Assembly (NCBI GenBank): GCA_965208575.1 | Contig: CBDBOV010000002.1 | Span: 96,001-160,000, forward strand | Length of the DNA: 64,000 nt | DNA from: Spirochaetia bacterium | GTDB lineage: Bacteria; Spirochaetota; Spirochaetia; SZUA-6; Bin103 | Reading direction: 5' to 3' | Part shown: positions 1 to 10,361 of the stretch, piece by piece | Layout: every line of letters starts with the position of its first letter | How positions within the stretch are numbered: the first letter of the stretch is position 1 | The notes under the pieces: generated by a model | Told to the model about the DNA's origin: nothing | What the model saw: the letters and a program-made list of their open reading frames with translations, nothing else | Database searches by the model: none | Program-made: the position numbers and the translations under genes

Positions 1-696
1 CAGCAGGCCGGCGGAACCCGCCCAAACCAGCCTGCGGTCCCCGCGAGCGAAACCTCCTGCCGCCGCCGCAAGCGCATTCAGGTCGCGCTCGCCGGCGGCA
101 TCGGCCACGATCAGATCGACCGGTCCGTGCGCGGCGGCGGCAACCTGCCGGCGGCACGGGCGCGCGGGCAGGTGCGCGGCGCGACACCGCGGCCATTGGC
201 GGCGCACGATGTCGATCACCGCCGAGCCGGCGGCAGCGCCGTGCGCGGCCGGAATCTCGTCGCGGTACGCGGTTGCCATGGCCGGCTCGCCGGCCACCAG
301 CAGCACGCCCTCCCGCACGGTGCGCTCCTGTTCCGGCAGCGCCGGCGTGCACACGATCACGCAGGGGGCGAGCGCGTCGTGCAGGGCCGCCAACTCGGCG
401 CCGACGTTGCCGCGCATCGTCGAGTCGATCTTCTTGAACCACACCGTGCGGCCCGCGGCGGACAGTTCGCGGCATGCGGCGCGTACGCGTGCGGACGCCT
501 CGTCCGGCGGCACGCCGCGCGAGACGGTGTTGATCACCGGCAGCGGGCCTGATGGGACAGCGCCGCCGGCCCTCACCAGCACCTCCACGGCGGTGCGCGG
601 CAGGAGCTGCACGCCGCCGTCCATGGCGCCGGTGAGATCGTCGGCCAGCACCGCGACTGCACCCGTCCGCGGCCAGCCAACAGCATCGATCTTCAT
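1..696 (-). CDS. Four-carbon acid sugar kinase family protein (DUF1537/DtnK-like), runs off window start
   Basis: Not in ORF track. Manual translation from ATG 696 gives MKIDAVGWPRTGAVAVLADDLTGAMDGG...FKKIDSTMRGN, with the family motifs ADDLTGAxD and KKIDSTxRGN. Confidence 0.85.
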   Translation of the reverse strand, partial: MKIDAVGWPRTGAVAVLADDLTGAMDGGVQLLPRTAVEVLVRAGGAVPSGPLPVINTVSRGVPPDEASARVRAACRELSAAGRTVWFKKIDSTMRGNVGAELAALHDALAPCVIVCTPALPEQERTVREGVLLVAGEPAMATAYRDEIPAAHGAAAGSAVIDIVRRQWPRCRAAHLPARPCRRQVAAAAHGPVDLIVADAAGERDLNALAAAAGGFARGDRRLVWAGSAGLL

Positions 697-824
697 GGTT
701 CACGGCTCCTGCAGCTCATCGGCCGGCTCGACGCTCCGGTTTGGACGGCCTGAACGGCGGCGTTGTTGCCGGCCGGCGCCGGTCCCGGGCATACTAACAG
801 AGTCCCGATATCAAGGAGACCATT

Positions 825-1406
825 GTGGCTTTTACCCTCGAACTGGGCGCCAAGGCGCCCGACTTCAGCCTGCCGGGAGTGGACGGCAACGACTACTCGC
901 TGGCCAGCTTCGCCGACGCGGAGGCGCTCATCGTCGTGTTCGCCTGCAACCACTGCCCGTTCGTGATCGGCTCGGAAGACCGCTTCAACGACCTGTACGC
1001 CGACTACAAGGACAAGGGCGTGGCGCTGGTCTCGATCAACTCCAACGAGACCGACGGCCATCCCACCGACTCCTTCGATCACATGCAGGAACGCGCCGCC
1101 GAGAAGGGCTTTCAGTTCCCGTACGTGCGCGACGACAGCCAGGAGGTGGCGCTCGCCTACGGCGCGCTGCGCACGCCCCACTTCTACCTGTTCGACCGCG
1201 ACGGCAAGCTGCGCTACACCGGGCGCATGGACGACGATCCGCGCGACCCCGCCGGCGCCTCCACCCGCGAGTTGCGCGACGCGCTCGACGCCGTGCTCGC
1301 CGGCGACGAGGTGGCGGTGCCGCTGACCAACCCGATCGGCTGCAACGTGAAGTGGAAGAACCAGGACGCCCACTGGATGCCCGCGGAGGCCTGCGACCTG
1401 GTCTGA
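825..1406 (+). CDS. Thioredoxin-fold AhpC/TSA (redoxin) family protein
   Basis: APDFSLPGVDG, CNHCPFV (CxxC-like), IGCNVKW; AAGGAG RBS before GTG. Confidence 0.9.
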   Translation: MAFTLELGAKAPDFSLPGVDGNDYSLASFADAEALIVVFACNHCPFVIGSEDRFNDLYADYKDKGVALVSINSNETDGHPTDSFDHMQERAAEKGFQFPYVRDDSQEVALAYGALRTPHFYLFDRDGKLRYTGRMDDDPRDPAGASTRELRDALDAVLAGDEVAVPLTNPIGCNVKWKNQDAHWMPAEACDLV

Positions 1407-1486
1407 CGGTGACGGCACGATCACGCCGCGGCCCGGCAGACCGCGTCGGAACGGTCGGCGGCGGCCCGCGCCGTGACACGGAGCCG

Positions 1487-3460
1487 ATGAACACCGGCGC
1501 GCCGCCGTCCGCACGCCCCGTGCCCGCGCGCTGCGGGCAGGAACTCCTGGACCTGGTCGACGCCGACAACACGGTGATCGGCACCGTCGACCGCTCCCGC
1601 GTGCATGGCGCGCCGTCGCTGCGCCACCGCGCCGTCCACGTGCTGGTGTACGACGCCCGCGGCCGCCTGCTGTTGCAGAAGCGCTCGGCCGGCAAGGAGA
1701 TTCAGCCCGGCAAGTGGGACACCTCGGTCGGAGGCCACCTGGAGTCCGGCGAGAGCTACCCGGCCGCCGCCGTCCGCGAGACCGCCGAGGAGCTCGGCCT
1801 GGCCATCGACGTCGACGCCCTGGTGCCGGTGCACGGGTTCGTGTGGCGTTCGCCGGTGGAAACCGAGCACGTCACCTCCTACCGGATCCGATGCGACGGC
1901 CCGTTCCGCCCGCACCCGGAGGAGATAGACGAACTGCGCTTCTGGTCCGCGGAGCAATTGCGCGCCGCCGCCGGCACCGGTGCGCTGACCCCGATGCTGG
2001 AGCACGAGCTGGCGCTGCTCGGCGTGCTCGTCGGCGGCGCCGCCGGCGCCGGCGCCGGCGCCGGCACGGGCGCGGCGTTGGATCCGGCCTACCTCGATCC
2101 CGGCGGCGGCGCCACGCTGCCCGCCGAGCCGCCGCCGCGCGCCGCCATGAACGCGGCCACGCGCTCGCTGCACGACGCCATCGACGCCACCATGCGCCGC
2201 CTCGGGCAGCCCTACCTGCATCCGGACGGCGAAACGCTGCAGCTCGACCTGTTCGGCAGCGCGCCAATGGTGCGCTGGCAGGAACGCAAGGCGGCCGCGG
2301 TATTCCTGGCCGCCGAGGCGTGGTCCGACCTGCCGCAAACCTACGGGCGCTACGGCACCGAGAGCGGGCGCCTGCTGCTCGCCGAGGTATGCCGGATGGA
2401 ACGGGCGGCCGGCGCGCTGCTGACCGACGGCGGCATGCAGGCGTTCGCGCTCGCCTGCGACGTGCTGTTCGCCCCCGGCAGCCACGCCGTGGTCACGCGC
2501 AGCGTGTACAACAAGACCAAGAGCTACCTGCAGCGCCTCGCCGGGCGCCAGGACGGCGAGGTGACGTTGGTGGACGACGGCGACCTCGGCGCCGTCGAGC
2601 GCGCGCTGCGCGCCGACACGAGCATGCTGTTTACCGAGACCTACACCAATCCCCACACCCGCGCGGTCGATCCGCCCGCCCTCGCGGCCGTGGCCGCGCG
2701 CGCCCGCGCCGCCGGCTGCACGCGCTTGCGGGTGGTGGTGGACAACACCGTCGCCACTCCGTGGGGTCTGCGCGAGCCGCTGCTGTCGGTGCCCGGCATC
2801 GACGTGGTGGTGGCCAGCGGCACCAAGGCGCTCGCCGGCCAGGACCGCGACATGTGGGGCTACGTGGCGAGCAACCACGTCGACCTGCTCAACGAGGCGA
2901 TGGACCTGCAGGCGATGCGCGGCGGCATCCTGGACTGGCGGCGCGCACGCGCCATACTGGCCGGCCTGGAAGGGGCGCGTGCGCGCTTCGAGCGGCGCTG
3001 CGCCACGGCCGCCGCGGTGGCGCGCTTCCTGGCCGGGCACCCGCGGGTGGCGCAGGCGCTGCACCCGTCGCTGCCCGACCATCCCGACGCCGACGTAATC
3101 GCCCGCCACTACCGGCTGCCGGGATCGATGGTCAGCTTTCGCCTGCGCGACGCCGACGACGAGGCCACGCGCCATTTCTGCGACGTGCTCGCGATGACCG
3201 GCGTGCCGCGCTACGCGCTCAGCTTCGACGGCCTGGCGACCAAGATCAACCACCACCGCTCGGTGTCCGAGTATTTCGCGGCCGACGCCGAGGTGCGCCG
3301 CATCGGCGTCGATCGGCTGGTAAGGCTCGGCATCGGCGTCGAGGACCAACGCGACCTGGCCGCGTGCCTCAACTGGGCGCTGTGGCGCGCGCCGGAGGTG
3401 CCGGCAGACGCCGTTGCCCAGTGGCAGGCGCACCGGCGCCGCGCGCTCGGCATTTCTTAA
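1487..3460 (+). CDS. Fusion of NUDIX hydrolase (YfcD/IDI-like) and Cys/Met-metabolism PLP-dependent enzyme
   Basis: Nudix box GGHLESGESYPAAAVRETAEELG, Gly/Ala linker, then DNTVATP and the SGTKALAG PLP-lysine motif; no intervening stop; start moved to ATG 1487. Confidence 0.8.
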   Translation: MNTGAPPSARPVPARCGQELLDLVDADNTVIGTVDRSRVHGAPSLRHRAVHVLVYDARGRLLLQKRSAGKEIQPGKWDTSVGGHLESGESYPAAAVRETAEELGLAIDVDALVPVHGFVWRSPVETEHVTSYRIRCDGPFRPHPEEIDELRFWSAEQLRAAAGTGALTPMLEHELALLGVLVGGAAGAGAGAGTGAALDPAYLDPGGGATLPAEPPPRAAMNAATRSLHDAIDATMRRLGQPYLHPDGETLQLDLFGSAPMVRWQERKAAAVFLAAEAWSDLPQTYGRYGTESGRLLLAEVCRMERAAGALLTDGGMQAFALACDVLFAPGSHAVVTRSVYNKTKSYLQRLAGRQDGEVTLVDDGDLGAVERALRADTSMLFTETYTNPHTRAVDPPALAAVAARARAAGCTRLRVVVDNTVATPWGLREPLLSVPGIDVVVASGTKALAGQDRDMWGYVASNHVDLLNEAMDLQAMRGGILDWRRARAILAGLEGARARFERRCATAAAVARFLAGHPRVAQALHPSLPDHPDADVIARHYRLPGSMVSFRLRDADDEATRHFCDVLAMTGVPRYALSFDGLATKINHHRSVSEYFAADAEVRRIGVDRLVRLGIGVEDQRDLAACLNWALWRAPEVPADAVAQWQAHRRRALGIS

Positions 3461-3504
3461 GACGACACGCTAGTAAAGCCGCCAAACGGCCGATAACAGT
3501 AGTG

Positions 3505-4509
3505 ATGGCTGCGAAGCGATCGCCATTGCACGGCCCGTTTACGGTCGTCGGCATCGGTGAACTGCTGTGGGACATATTCCCCGACGGCCGCCGCGAACTC
3601 GGCGGGGCGGTGGCGAATCTCGCCTACCACGCGTCGCTGCTCGGCGACCGCGGCGTCCTGGCGAGCCGCGTCGGCCGCGACGCCGGCGGCGACGACCTGG
3701 TCGCGCGCCTGCGCGCGCTCGGTGTGGACGGCCGCTACCTGCAGCGCGATGCCGACCACCCCACCGGGACCGTCGACGTGGCTCTGAACGACGGCCTGCC
3801 GAGCTACACCATCCACGAGCCGGTCGCGTTCGACCATCCGCGGCTCGACCGCGGCTGGCGGGAGCTGGCCGCGCGCACCGACGCGGTCACCTTCGGCACC
3901 CTGGCGCAACGCACCACCGGCGCGGCCGCGGTGATCGGCGCATTCATCGCCGCCTGCCCGCCGCGCTGCGTGCGCCTGTTCGACGTCAACCTGCGCCAGC
4001 GGTTCTGGTCCGCGGCGGTGCTCGACGCTTCGCTCGACGCCGCCACCGCGGTGAAGCTGAACGACCAGGAACTGCCGCTGGTAGCAGGCGCACTCGGCAT
4101 GCCCGCCGGCGACGAGCCCGCCATGCTCGCCGCTCTGCTCGAGCGTTACCGGCTCCGGGTGGCGTGCCTGACCCGCGGCGCGCGCGGCTGCCTGTTGGTC
4201 GGCGCGCCTGACCATGGCGCCGGCGCCGGCGCGCCGGGCGCGGCCTGCGCCGCGGGCGGCCCGGCACACAACGTCGCTTCCGAAGCCGTGTGCCGCGCGG
4301 AACAACCCGGAATCCACGTCCCGGTGGCCGACACGGTCGGCGCCGGCGACGCGTTCGCCGCCGCGCTCCTCTACCACGTGCTGCGCGGCGGCGACCTGCG
4401 ACGCACCGCAGCGGCGGCAAACAGGTACGCCGCCTTCGTGGCGACCCGGCGCGGCGCCACCCCCGCGGTTCCCGAGCCGGTACTGCACGAGGCACGGACG
4501 GCGGCGTGA
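3505..4509 (+). CDS. PfkB family carbohydrate kinase (fructokinase-like)
   Basis: GIGELLWD, GGAVANLA, DTVGAGDAF signature. Confidence 0.9.
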   Translation: MAAKRSPLHGPFTVVGIGELLWDIFPDGRRELGGAVANLAYHASLLGDRGVLASRVGRDAGGDDLVARLRALGVDGRYLQRDADHPTGTVDVALNDGLPSYTIHEPVAFDHPRLDRGWRELAARTDAVTFGTLAQRTTGAAAVIGAFIAACPPRCVRLFDVNLRQRFWSAAVLDASLDAATAVKLNDQELPLVAGALGMPAGDEPAMLAALLERYRLRVACLTRGARGCLLVGAPDHGAGAGAPGAACAAGGPAHNVASEAVCRAEQPGIHVPVADTVGAGDAFAAALLYHVLRGGDLRRTAAAANRYAAFVATRRGATPAVPEPVLHEARTAA

Positions 4510-5312
4510 GCGGCTACGTCGACACCCACTGCCACCTGGACGACAAGCGTTTCGCCGACGACCGCGACGCAGTGGTGGCGCGCGCCGGCGCCGCCGGCGT
4601 CACCGGCGTGTTGATCCCGGCCACCGGACTGGCGAGCGCGCGCGCCGCCCTCGACCTTGCCCCACGCTACGCCGGCATCGGCGTGGCCGTGGGCGTGCAT
4701 CCACTGTGGTGCGCACAGGCGGGCCGGCTGGACGACGCGATACCCGCACTCCACGCACTCACCGCCAATCCCGCGGTGGTCGCCGTCGGCGAGATCGGCC
4801 TCGACTTCTTCCGCGGGCCCGACCCGGCGCTGCAGGAACAGTGGCTCGATGCCCAGCTCGACCTGGCCGCCGCCGCCGGCCTGCCGGTGATCCTGCACAA
4901 CCGCGACGCCACCGGCAAGCTGCTGGAACGGTTGCGCGCCTGGGGCGAACGCGCGGCGCTGCCGCGGCCGCCCGGCGTGCTGCACGCGTTCAGCGCCGGA
5001 GGAGCCGCCGCCGACTTCGCGCTCGGCGCCGGGTTCTACCTGGGCATCGGCGGCATGCTCACCTTCCGCCGCGCCGACGAACTGCGTGCGGTGGCCGCGG
5101 CCGCCCCCGCGGACCGCCTGGTGCTGGAGACCGACGCTCCCTACCTGGCTCCGGAACCGCTGCGCGGGCGCCGCAACGAACCGGCCCTGCTGCGCCACGT
5201 CGCCACGCGCCTGGCTGCGGTGCGCGCCACCGATACCGAGCAGATTGCGCTGCAAACCACCGCCAACGCGGGACGCCTGTTCCCGCGGCTGAACCCGGAA
5301 GGAGTACGATGA
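4506..5312 (+). CDS. tatD: TatD family hydrolase
   Basis: DTHCHLD, GVHP, VGEIGLD, LETDAPYLAP; GTGA overlap with upstream gene. Confidence 0.92.
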   Translation: MSGYVDTHCHLDDKRFADDRDAVVARAGAAGVTGVLIPATGLASARAALDLAPRYAGIGVAVGVHPLWCAQAGRLDDAIPALHALTANPAVVAVGEIGLDFFRGPDPALQEQWLDAQLDLAAAAGLPVILHNRDATGKLLERLRAWGERAALPRPPGVLHAFSAGGAAADFALGAGFYLGIGGMLTFRRADELRAVAAAAPADRLVLETDAPYLAPEPLRGRRNEPALLRHVATRLAAVRATDTEQIALQTTANAGRLFPRLNPEGVR

Positions 5313-6370
5313 CGGTACGCGCTCTTGTTGCCGCACACCGACCCGAACAAGCTGACCGGCGGTCGGCGGCGGAGCATCGGTGTTCACGGTCATCGGCATC
5401 ACCGAGAGCCGGTGCCGGCGCCCACGCCGCGATGCGCGCAGCGCGGCGCCGCTGCGCCGTCCGGCTGCTCGCCGCGCTCGGCTGCATTGCCGCCGTCCTG
5501 GCCGGCTGTTCGCTCGACCGCCTCGCCACGCGCACCGTGACCGACCTGGTCAGCGGCCAGGGCGGCGACGACGTATTCGCCAGCGAACAGGACCCGCGGC
5601 TGGTCGGCGATGCGCTGCCGTTCGCCCTCAAGCTGTACGAGCTGCTGCTGTCGCGGGCCCCGGACGACCCGGGGCTGCAACTCGCCACCGGGCGCAGCTT
5701 CGTGGCCTACGCCAACGCGTTCGTGCAGCGCCCGGCGGAGCAGATGCCGGTTACCGAGATCGACCTGCGCATCAGCGAGTTGCAGCGCGCCAAGCTGCAC
5801 TATCTGCGCGGCCACGACTATCTGCTGGCCGGTCTCGAGTTGCGCCATCCGGGGTTCGCCACCCTGTTCGCATCGCCCGACACCATGGACGAAGCGCTCG
5901 CGATGGTGGACGCGGGGAGCATCGACTACCTGTACTGGATGGCGGCGGCATGCCTCGGCGCCCTGTCCACCGATCCGTTCGACATGGAACTGCTGGTCGC
6001 CGCGCCGTACGCGGCCAAGATGCTGCACATGGTGATCGACTGGGACGAGCGTTACCAGGGCGGAGCCGCGCACGACATCCTTATCCGCTATTATGCGGGC
6101 ACCGCGGCGGTGCTCGGCGGCGACATGGGACGCGCGCGCGAGCACTTCGAGCGCGCCGTGGCCGCGTCCGGGGACAAGCGCACCGGGCCCTACCTGGCGA
6201 TGGCCGGCGTGGCCATAGGCCAGCAGGATCCGGTGCTGTTCCGCAGGCTGCTCGGCGACGCGCTGGCCATCGAGTTGGACGTGGCGCAGTATCGGCTACA
6301 GAATACGCTTGATCAGCAATACGCCGCCTGGCTGCTCGATCACATGGAGGACCTGTTTGTTGAGCTATAA
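5309..6370 (+). CDS. TRAP transporter TatT component (TPAT-type lipoprotein)
   Basis: Lipobox LAGC, E(Q)DPxLVGDALPFALKLYE motif, helical TPR-like C-terminus, precedes dctP; start may instead be ATG 5432. Confidence 0.85.
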   Translation: MTVRALVAAHRPEQADRRSAAEHRCSRSSASPRAGAGAHAAMRAARRRCAVRLLAALGCIAAVLAGCSLDRLATRTVTDLVSGQGGDDVFASEQDPRLVGDALPFALKLYELLLSRAPDDPGLQLATGRSFVAYANAFVQRPAEQMPVTEIDLRISELQRAKLHYLRGHDYLLAGLELRHPGFATLFASPDTMDEALAMVDAGSIDYLYWMAAACLGALSTDPFDMELLVAAPYAAKMLHMVIDWDERYQGGAAHDILIRYYAGTAAVLGGDMGRAREHFERAVAASGDKRTGPYLAMAGVAIGQQDPVLFRRLLGDALAIELDVAQYRLQNTLDQQYAAWLLDHMEDLFVEL

Positions 6371-7400
6371 CGAAGCACATCCGCACCGCACCGGCCGGTG
6401 GTGGCGGCGCGTCCTGCCGGCCATGATCCTGGCGCTGTGTTGCACCACCGGAGCCACCGCGCTCACCATCAAGCTCGGCAGCGTGGCGCCGGCCAATACG
6501 CCGTGGGACCTGGCGCTGCGCGGCCTGGCGGCCGACTGGGCGCGCATCTCCGACGGCGAGATCGACGTGAAGATCTTCCCCGGCGGCATCGCCGGCAACG
6601 AGCTGGACATGATTCGCAAGATGCGCATCGGCCAGCTTCAAGCCGCCGCCATGACCGCGATCAGCTTCAACAACATCTATCCCGGCGTGCTGGCGATCGC
6701 CCAGCCGATGCTGGTGCGCACCGACGACGAGATGCGCAACATCCTGGAGGAGATGACACCGTTCTTCAACGAGCGGCTCGAAGAGCGCGGTTTCGTGCCG
6801 CTGATGTGGGCGCCGATCGGCTGGGTGAAGTTCTTTGCGCGCGAGCCGGTGCACACCGCCGACGACCTGCGCCGCCACAAGCTGTGGGTCGGGTCGGCCA
6901 GTCCCGCCGTGCTGCGCGCCTGGCAGCACGCCGGGTTCAACCCGGTGGCGCTGCCGGTGTCGGAGGTCACCACGGCGCTGCAGAGCGGCATGATCGACGC
7001 GGTGGCCTCCAGCCCGTCCGGCGCGGCATCGTTCCAGTGGTTCGGAATCGTGCCGCACATGACCGACCTGCGCTTTACGCCGTTGTTCGGGGCGGTGATG
7101 ATCAGCAAGCGCGCGTGGCAGCGCATCCCCGCCGACCTGCGCCCGCGGCTGATGCGCGCGGCGGAGATGGCGGCACAGCGGGTGAGCGAGGGCGCTTACG
7201 AGATGGACGACCTGGCGGTGCACGTGATGGTCGCGCACGGCCTGCAGGTGCACGCGGCGACCGACGCCCTGGAGCAGGAGTTCCAGGACATCATCGCGCG
7301 CAACTTCGGCGACCTGATCGGCGACGAGATCGATCCGGAAGCCTACGACCTGGTCCTCCAGAAGGTGGCCGCCTACCGCGCCCGCGGGGGCGGCAACTGA
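6357..7400 (+). CDS. dctP: TRAP transporter substrate-binding protein DctP (TatP-type)
   Basis: IKLGSVAPANTPW, FPGGIAGNE, TALQSGMID; GGAGG before TTG; start approximate. Confidence 0.9.
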   Translation: MLSYNEAHPHRTGRWWRRVLPAMILALCCTTGATALTIKLGSVAPANTPWDLALRGLAADWARISDGEIDVKIFPGGIAGNELDMIRKMRIGQLQAAAMTAISFNNIYPGVLAIAQPMLVRTDDEMRNILEEMTPFFNERLEERGFVPLMWAPIGWVKFFAREPVHTADDLRRHKLWVGSASPAVLRAWQHAGFNPVALPVSEVTTALQSGMIDAVASSPSGAASFQWFGIVPHMTDLRFTPLFGAVMISKRAWQRIPADLRPRLMRAAEMAAQRVSEGAYEMDDLAVHVMVAHGLQVHAATDALEQEFQDIIARNFGDLIGDEIDPEAYDLVLQKVAAYRARGGGN

Positions 7401-7596
7401 GGACGGCACCGTCACCGGACGCGGCGGCTCCGCAGCCGCGCGCAGCCCGGGGTGGACGCCGGCGTCGCACCGCGAGCGCCGCTCGCATGCAGGCGCTGTT
7501 CCGCCGCGGGCTGCCGGGCCACGGGTTGCCGGGCAGCCGCAGGGACGCGCGGGCACGCGGGCATCCGCAGGGCGCGATCCGCGCGCAGGGCGGCCG

Positions 7597-9639
7597 GTGA
7601 CCGGTGCTCCGGGGGCGCCGGGGGGGCCGGCGGATCCGCGAGGGCCCGCCCCAACCGGGGCCGACAACGATCCGCCGGTACCGGAGGCGCACGCGGCGCC
7701 CGGCGACCAGCAGCGCCCGCCCGCCGCGCATGCGGCGGGCGGCGAGCCGTCCGCACCGCGTTCCGCGCTGGCGCGCCTCGAAAACGGCACCGTCACCGCG
7801 GCGCTGGTGCTGCTGGCGGCGCTGCCCACCGCCGCCGCCGTGCTGCGCCTGTTGTTCGGTGGCGGGCTCGCCGCCAGCGGCGAGTACGTCCGCCACCTCA
7901 CGCTGTGGGTGGCGCTGATCGGAGGCGTCGTCACCACCCGCCGGGGCTCCCATCTCGCGCTGTCCAGCGGCCTCCACCAACTGCCGGATCCCTGGGGCGA
8001 ACGGGTCCGCGCAGCCGCCGGCGCGATTTCGGTGGTGGTCACCACCGCCCTCGCGGTCAGCGCGCTGTCGCTGGTGCTGATCGCCTTCGACCCCAGCCAG
8101 GACGTCGGCGGGGTTCCGATCAGGCTCGCCGTGGCCGTATTGCCGCTGGGGTTCGCCGGCATGGCCGCGCACTTCGTGGCGCACGGGGTTCGGCAACCGG
8201 CGGCGCGTGCCGCGGTGCTGCTGGCCGTTCCCGCCGGCCTCCTGATCGGCATCGGCCCGCTGGTCAACGCGCTGCAGGTGGTCGCACCCGGCTACTTTCC
8301 CAGCTACGCCCTGGTCGATGCGGTGGCCGCGGCGGCGGCCGCGGCGCGCCTGCCGCTGGTGCTGGTCCTGGTAGGCTCGGCGTTCATCGGTACGCCCATA
8401 TTCGTGATCCTGAGCGGGTTCACGCTGCTGCAGTTCCTGGGGTCGGGCGGCGCCCTGGAGGTGGTGCCGGACGAGGCGTACGCCATGCTCTCGCAACCGC
8501 TGGTGCCGGCGCTGCCGCTGTTCACGGTCGCCGGCTTCATCCTCTCGGAGAGCAGGGCGGGAGAACGGCTCATCACGCTGTTCCAGGCCTGGTTCAACTG
8601 GTTCCGCGGCGGCCTGGCGGTGATGGCGGTGCTGCTGTGCGCCTTCTTCACCACCTTCACCGGCGCTTCCGGGGTCACCATTCTCGCCCTCGGCGGACTG
8701 CTGCTGTACATGCTGCAGCGCAACGGCTACCGCGAACGGTTCAGCATCGGGCTGCTGACGGCCGCCGGCAGCATCGGACTGCTGTTCCCGCCCGCGCTGC
8801 CGATCATCATGTACGGCGTCATCGCCCAGATCGACATCCGCCAGCTGTTTGTCGGCGGCTTCCTGCCGGGCGTGCTGATGGTGCTCGCCCTGGCCGCGCT
8901 CGGCATCTTCCAGGCGCTCCGGCGGCGTACCGAGACCGCCCCCGGCACCGGCGGCGAGCGGCCCCGCTTCCATCTGCGCACCGCCCTGCAAGCGGCACGC
9001 GGGGCGGCCTGGGAGCTGGCGCTGCCGGTGGTGGTGGTGGCGCTCTACTTCGGCGGCATCACCTCGCTGGTGGAAACGGCGGCCGCCGCCACCATCTACG
9101 TGCTGCTGGTGGAAACGGTGGTGCACCGCGACATACCGCTGCGCACACTGCCGCGCGTGCTCGCCAAGTGTACGCCGATCATCGGCGGCGTGATGATCAT
9201 TCTCGCCCTCGCCAAGGGCCTGTCCTACTTCATGGTGGACGCCGAGGTGCCCACCAGCCTGGCCGCGTGGGTAAACGGCGCCATAAGTTCCCGCCTGCTG
9301 TTCCTGATCCTGCTCAACCTCACCCTGCTGGTCGCCGGCGCGCTGATGGACATCTTCTCCGCAATCGTCGTGCTCGCTCCGCTGCTGATCCCGCTCGGTG
9401 TCTCCTACGGCATCCACCCGGTGCATCTCGGCATCATCTTCCTGGCCAACCTGGAACTGGGATACCTGACGCCGCCGGTGGGCATCAACCTGTTCCTGGC
9501 CTCCTACCGCTTCGACAAGGACCTGGTGAGCGTGTATCGCACGGTGGTGCCGTTCCTGCTGGTCCTGCTGGTGGTCGTACTGGTCATCACCTATGCACCG
9601 TTCCTGACCACCGGCCTGCTCTCGGTCGTCCAGTTTTGA
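7597..9639 (+). CDS. dctM: Fused TRAP permease DctQ-DctM
   Basis: N-terminal 4-TM DctQ-like part (HLAL), then FTGASGVTI, GLLFPP, ELGYLTPPVGINLF. Confidence 0.9.
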   Translation: MTGAPGAPGGPADPRGPAPTGADNDPPVPEAHAAPGDQQRPPAAHAAGGEPSAPRSALARLENGTVTAALVLLAALPTAAAVLRLLFGGGLAASGEYVRHLTLWVALIGGVVTTRRGSHLALSSGLHQLPDPWGERVRAAAGAISVVVTTALAVSALSLVLIAFDPSQDVGGVPIRLAVAVLPLGFAGMAAHFVAHGVRQPAARAAVLLAVPAGLLIGIGPLVNALQVVAPGYFPSYALVDAVAAAAAAARLPLVLVLVGSAFIGTPIFVILSGFTLLQFLGSGGALEVVPDEAYAMLSQPLVPALPLFTVAGFILSESRAGERLITLFQAWFNWFRGGLAVMAVLLCAFFTTFTGASGVTILALGGLLLYMLQRNGYRERFSIGLLTAAGSIGLLFPPALPIIMYGVIAQIDIRQLFVGGFLPGVLMVLALAALGIFQALRRRTETAPGTGGERPRFHLRTALQAARGAAWELALPVVVVALYFGGITSLVETAAAATIYVLLVETVVHRDIPLRTLPRVLAKCTPIIGGVMIILALAKGLSYFMVDAEVPTSLAAWVNGAISSRLLFLILLNLTLLVAGALMDIFSAIVVLAPLLIPLGVSYGIHPVHLGIIFLANLELGYLTPPVGINLFLASYRFDKDLVSVYRTVVPFLLVLLVVVLVITYAPFLTTGLLSVVQF

Positions 9640-9735
9640 CCGCGCGCCGGCGGCGGTGGCGGACCGACGGCGATCGCAGTACCTTGCAGTGAGGATGCCG
9701 GCACGTACCGACGAGGAGCGCAGGCACCCCGCGAT

Positions 9736-10275
9736 TTGGACAACGATGACAACCCGATGCACAGGCATGCCGTGCCGGCCGGCACGCTCGGATCAGGACT
9801 CGCGGCAGTGAGACAGGCTACCGTTTCCGACCGGCGCACTGCCCACCGCGAGCGATACCCCCCGACCGTGACCGCCCACCGCGCCTACTGGCGGCGCTGG
9901 CGGCTGGCGACCTGGCTGCTGTCGGTGAGCGTGCTGGCCTCGCTGGCAATCGGCGCCGGCATCGGCTGGGAGGGCAAGAGCACCGCGATCCGGATCCAGG
10001 ACATCGTCATCGCCATCGTGTCCGCGGTCGTCACGTTCGTGCTGATGCGCTGGTGCGCGGTCGGCATGCGCTCGTTCAGCGACCGCTACCTGATGACCGC
10101 GCAGAAGGCCACCGACCTGGTCGACGAGGCCCTGGCCAAGGGACTGTTGTCGAACGAATACGTGCGCTCCCCGGAGCGCGACCGCCGGGTGGCCAAGACC
10201 ATCAGCTACGACCGCAAGCTTGGTTTCAGCGAAGCCGAGATCGAGAAGGACCTGGAAGCATTCCTGCCCGACTGA
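9736..10275 (+). CDS. Hypothetical membrane protein with two predicted TM helices
   Basis: GC3-biased coding 3' part with two hydrophobic segments; start uncertain. Confidence 0.6.
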   Translation: MDNDDNPMHRHAVPAGTLGSGLAAVRQATVSDRRTAHRERYPPTVTAHRAYWRRWRLATWLLSVSVLASLAIGAGIGWEGKSTAIRIQDIVIAIVSAVVTFVLMRWCAVGMRSFSDRYLMTAQKATDLVDEALAKGLLSNEYVRSPERDRRVAKTISYDRKLGFSEAEIEKDLEAFLPD

Positions 10276-10361
10276 TCCCGCCGCACCGCCCGCACCGCCC
10301 GCACCGCCGCCGCGTGCTTGATTCGGCGCCGCTGCGGGGGTAGGCTGTTGGTTCAGCGGAG

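Noticed and set aside
209-1486. N-terminal extension of the 1083-aa ORF
   Set aside because: Overlaps the redoxin gene and the minus-strand kinase; stop-poor GC-rich frame; real start at about 1487
10281-10311. (CCGCACCGC)x3 intergenic microsatellite
   Set aside because: Too short and expected at this GC content
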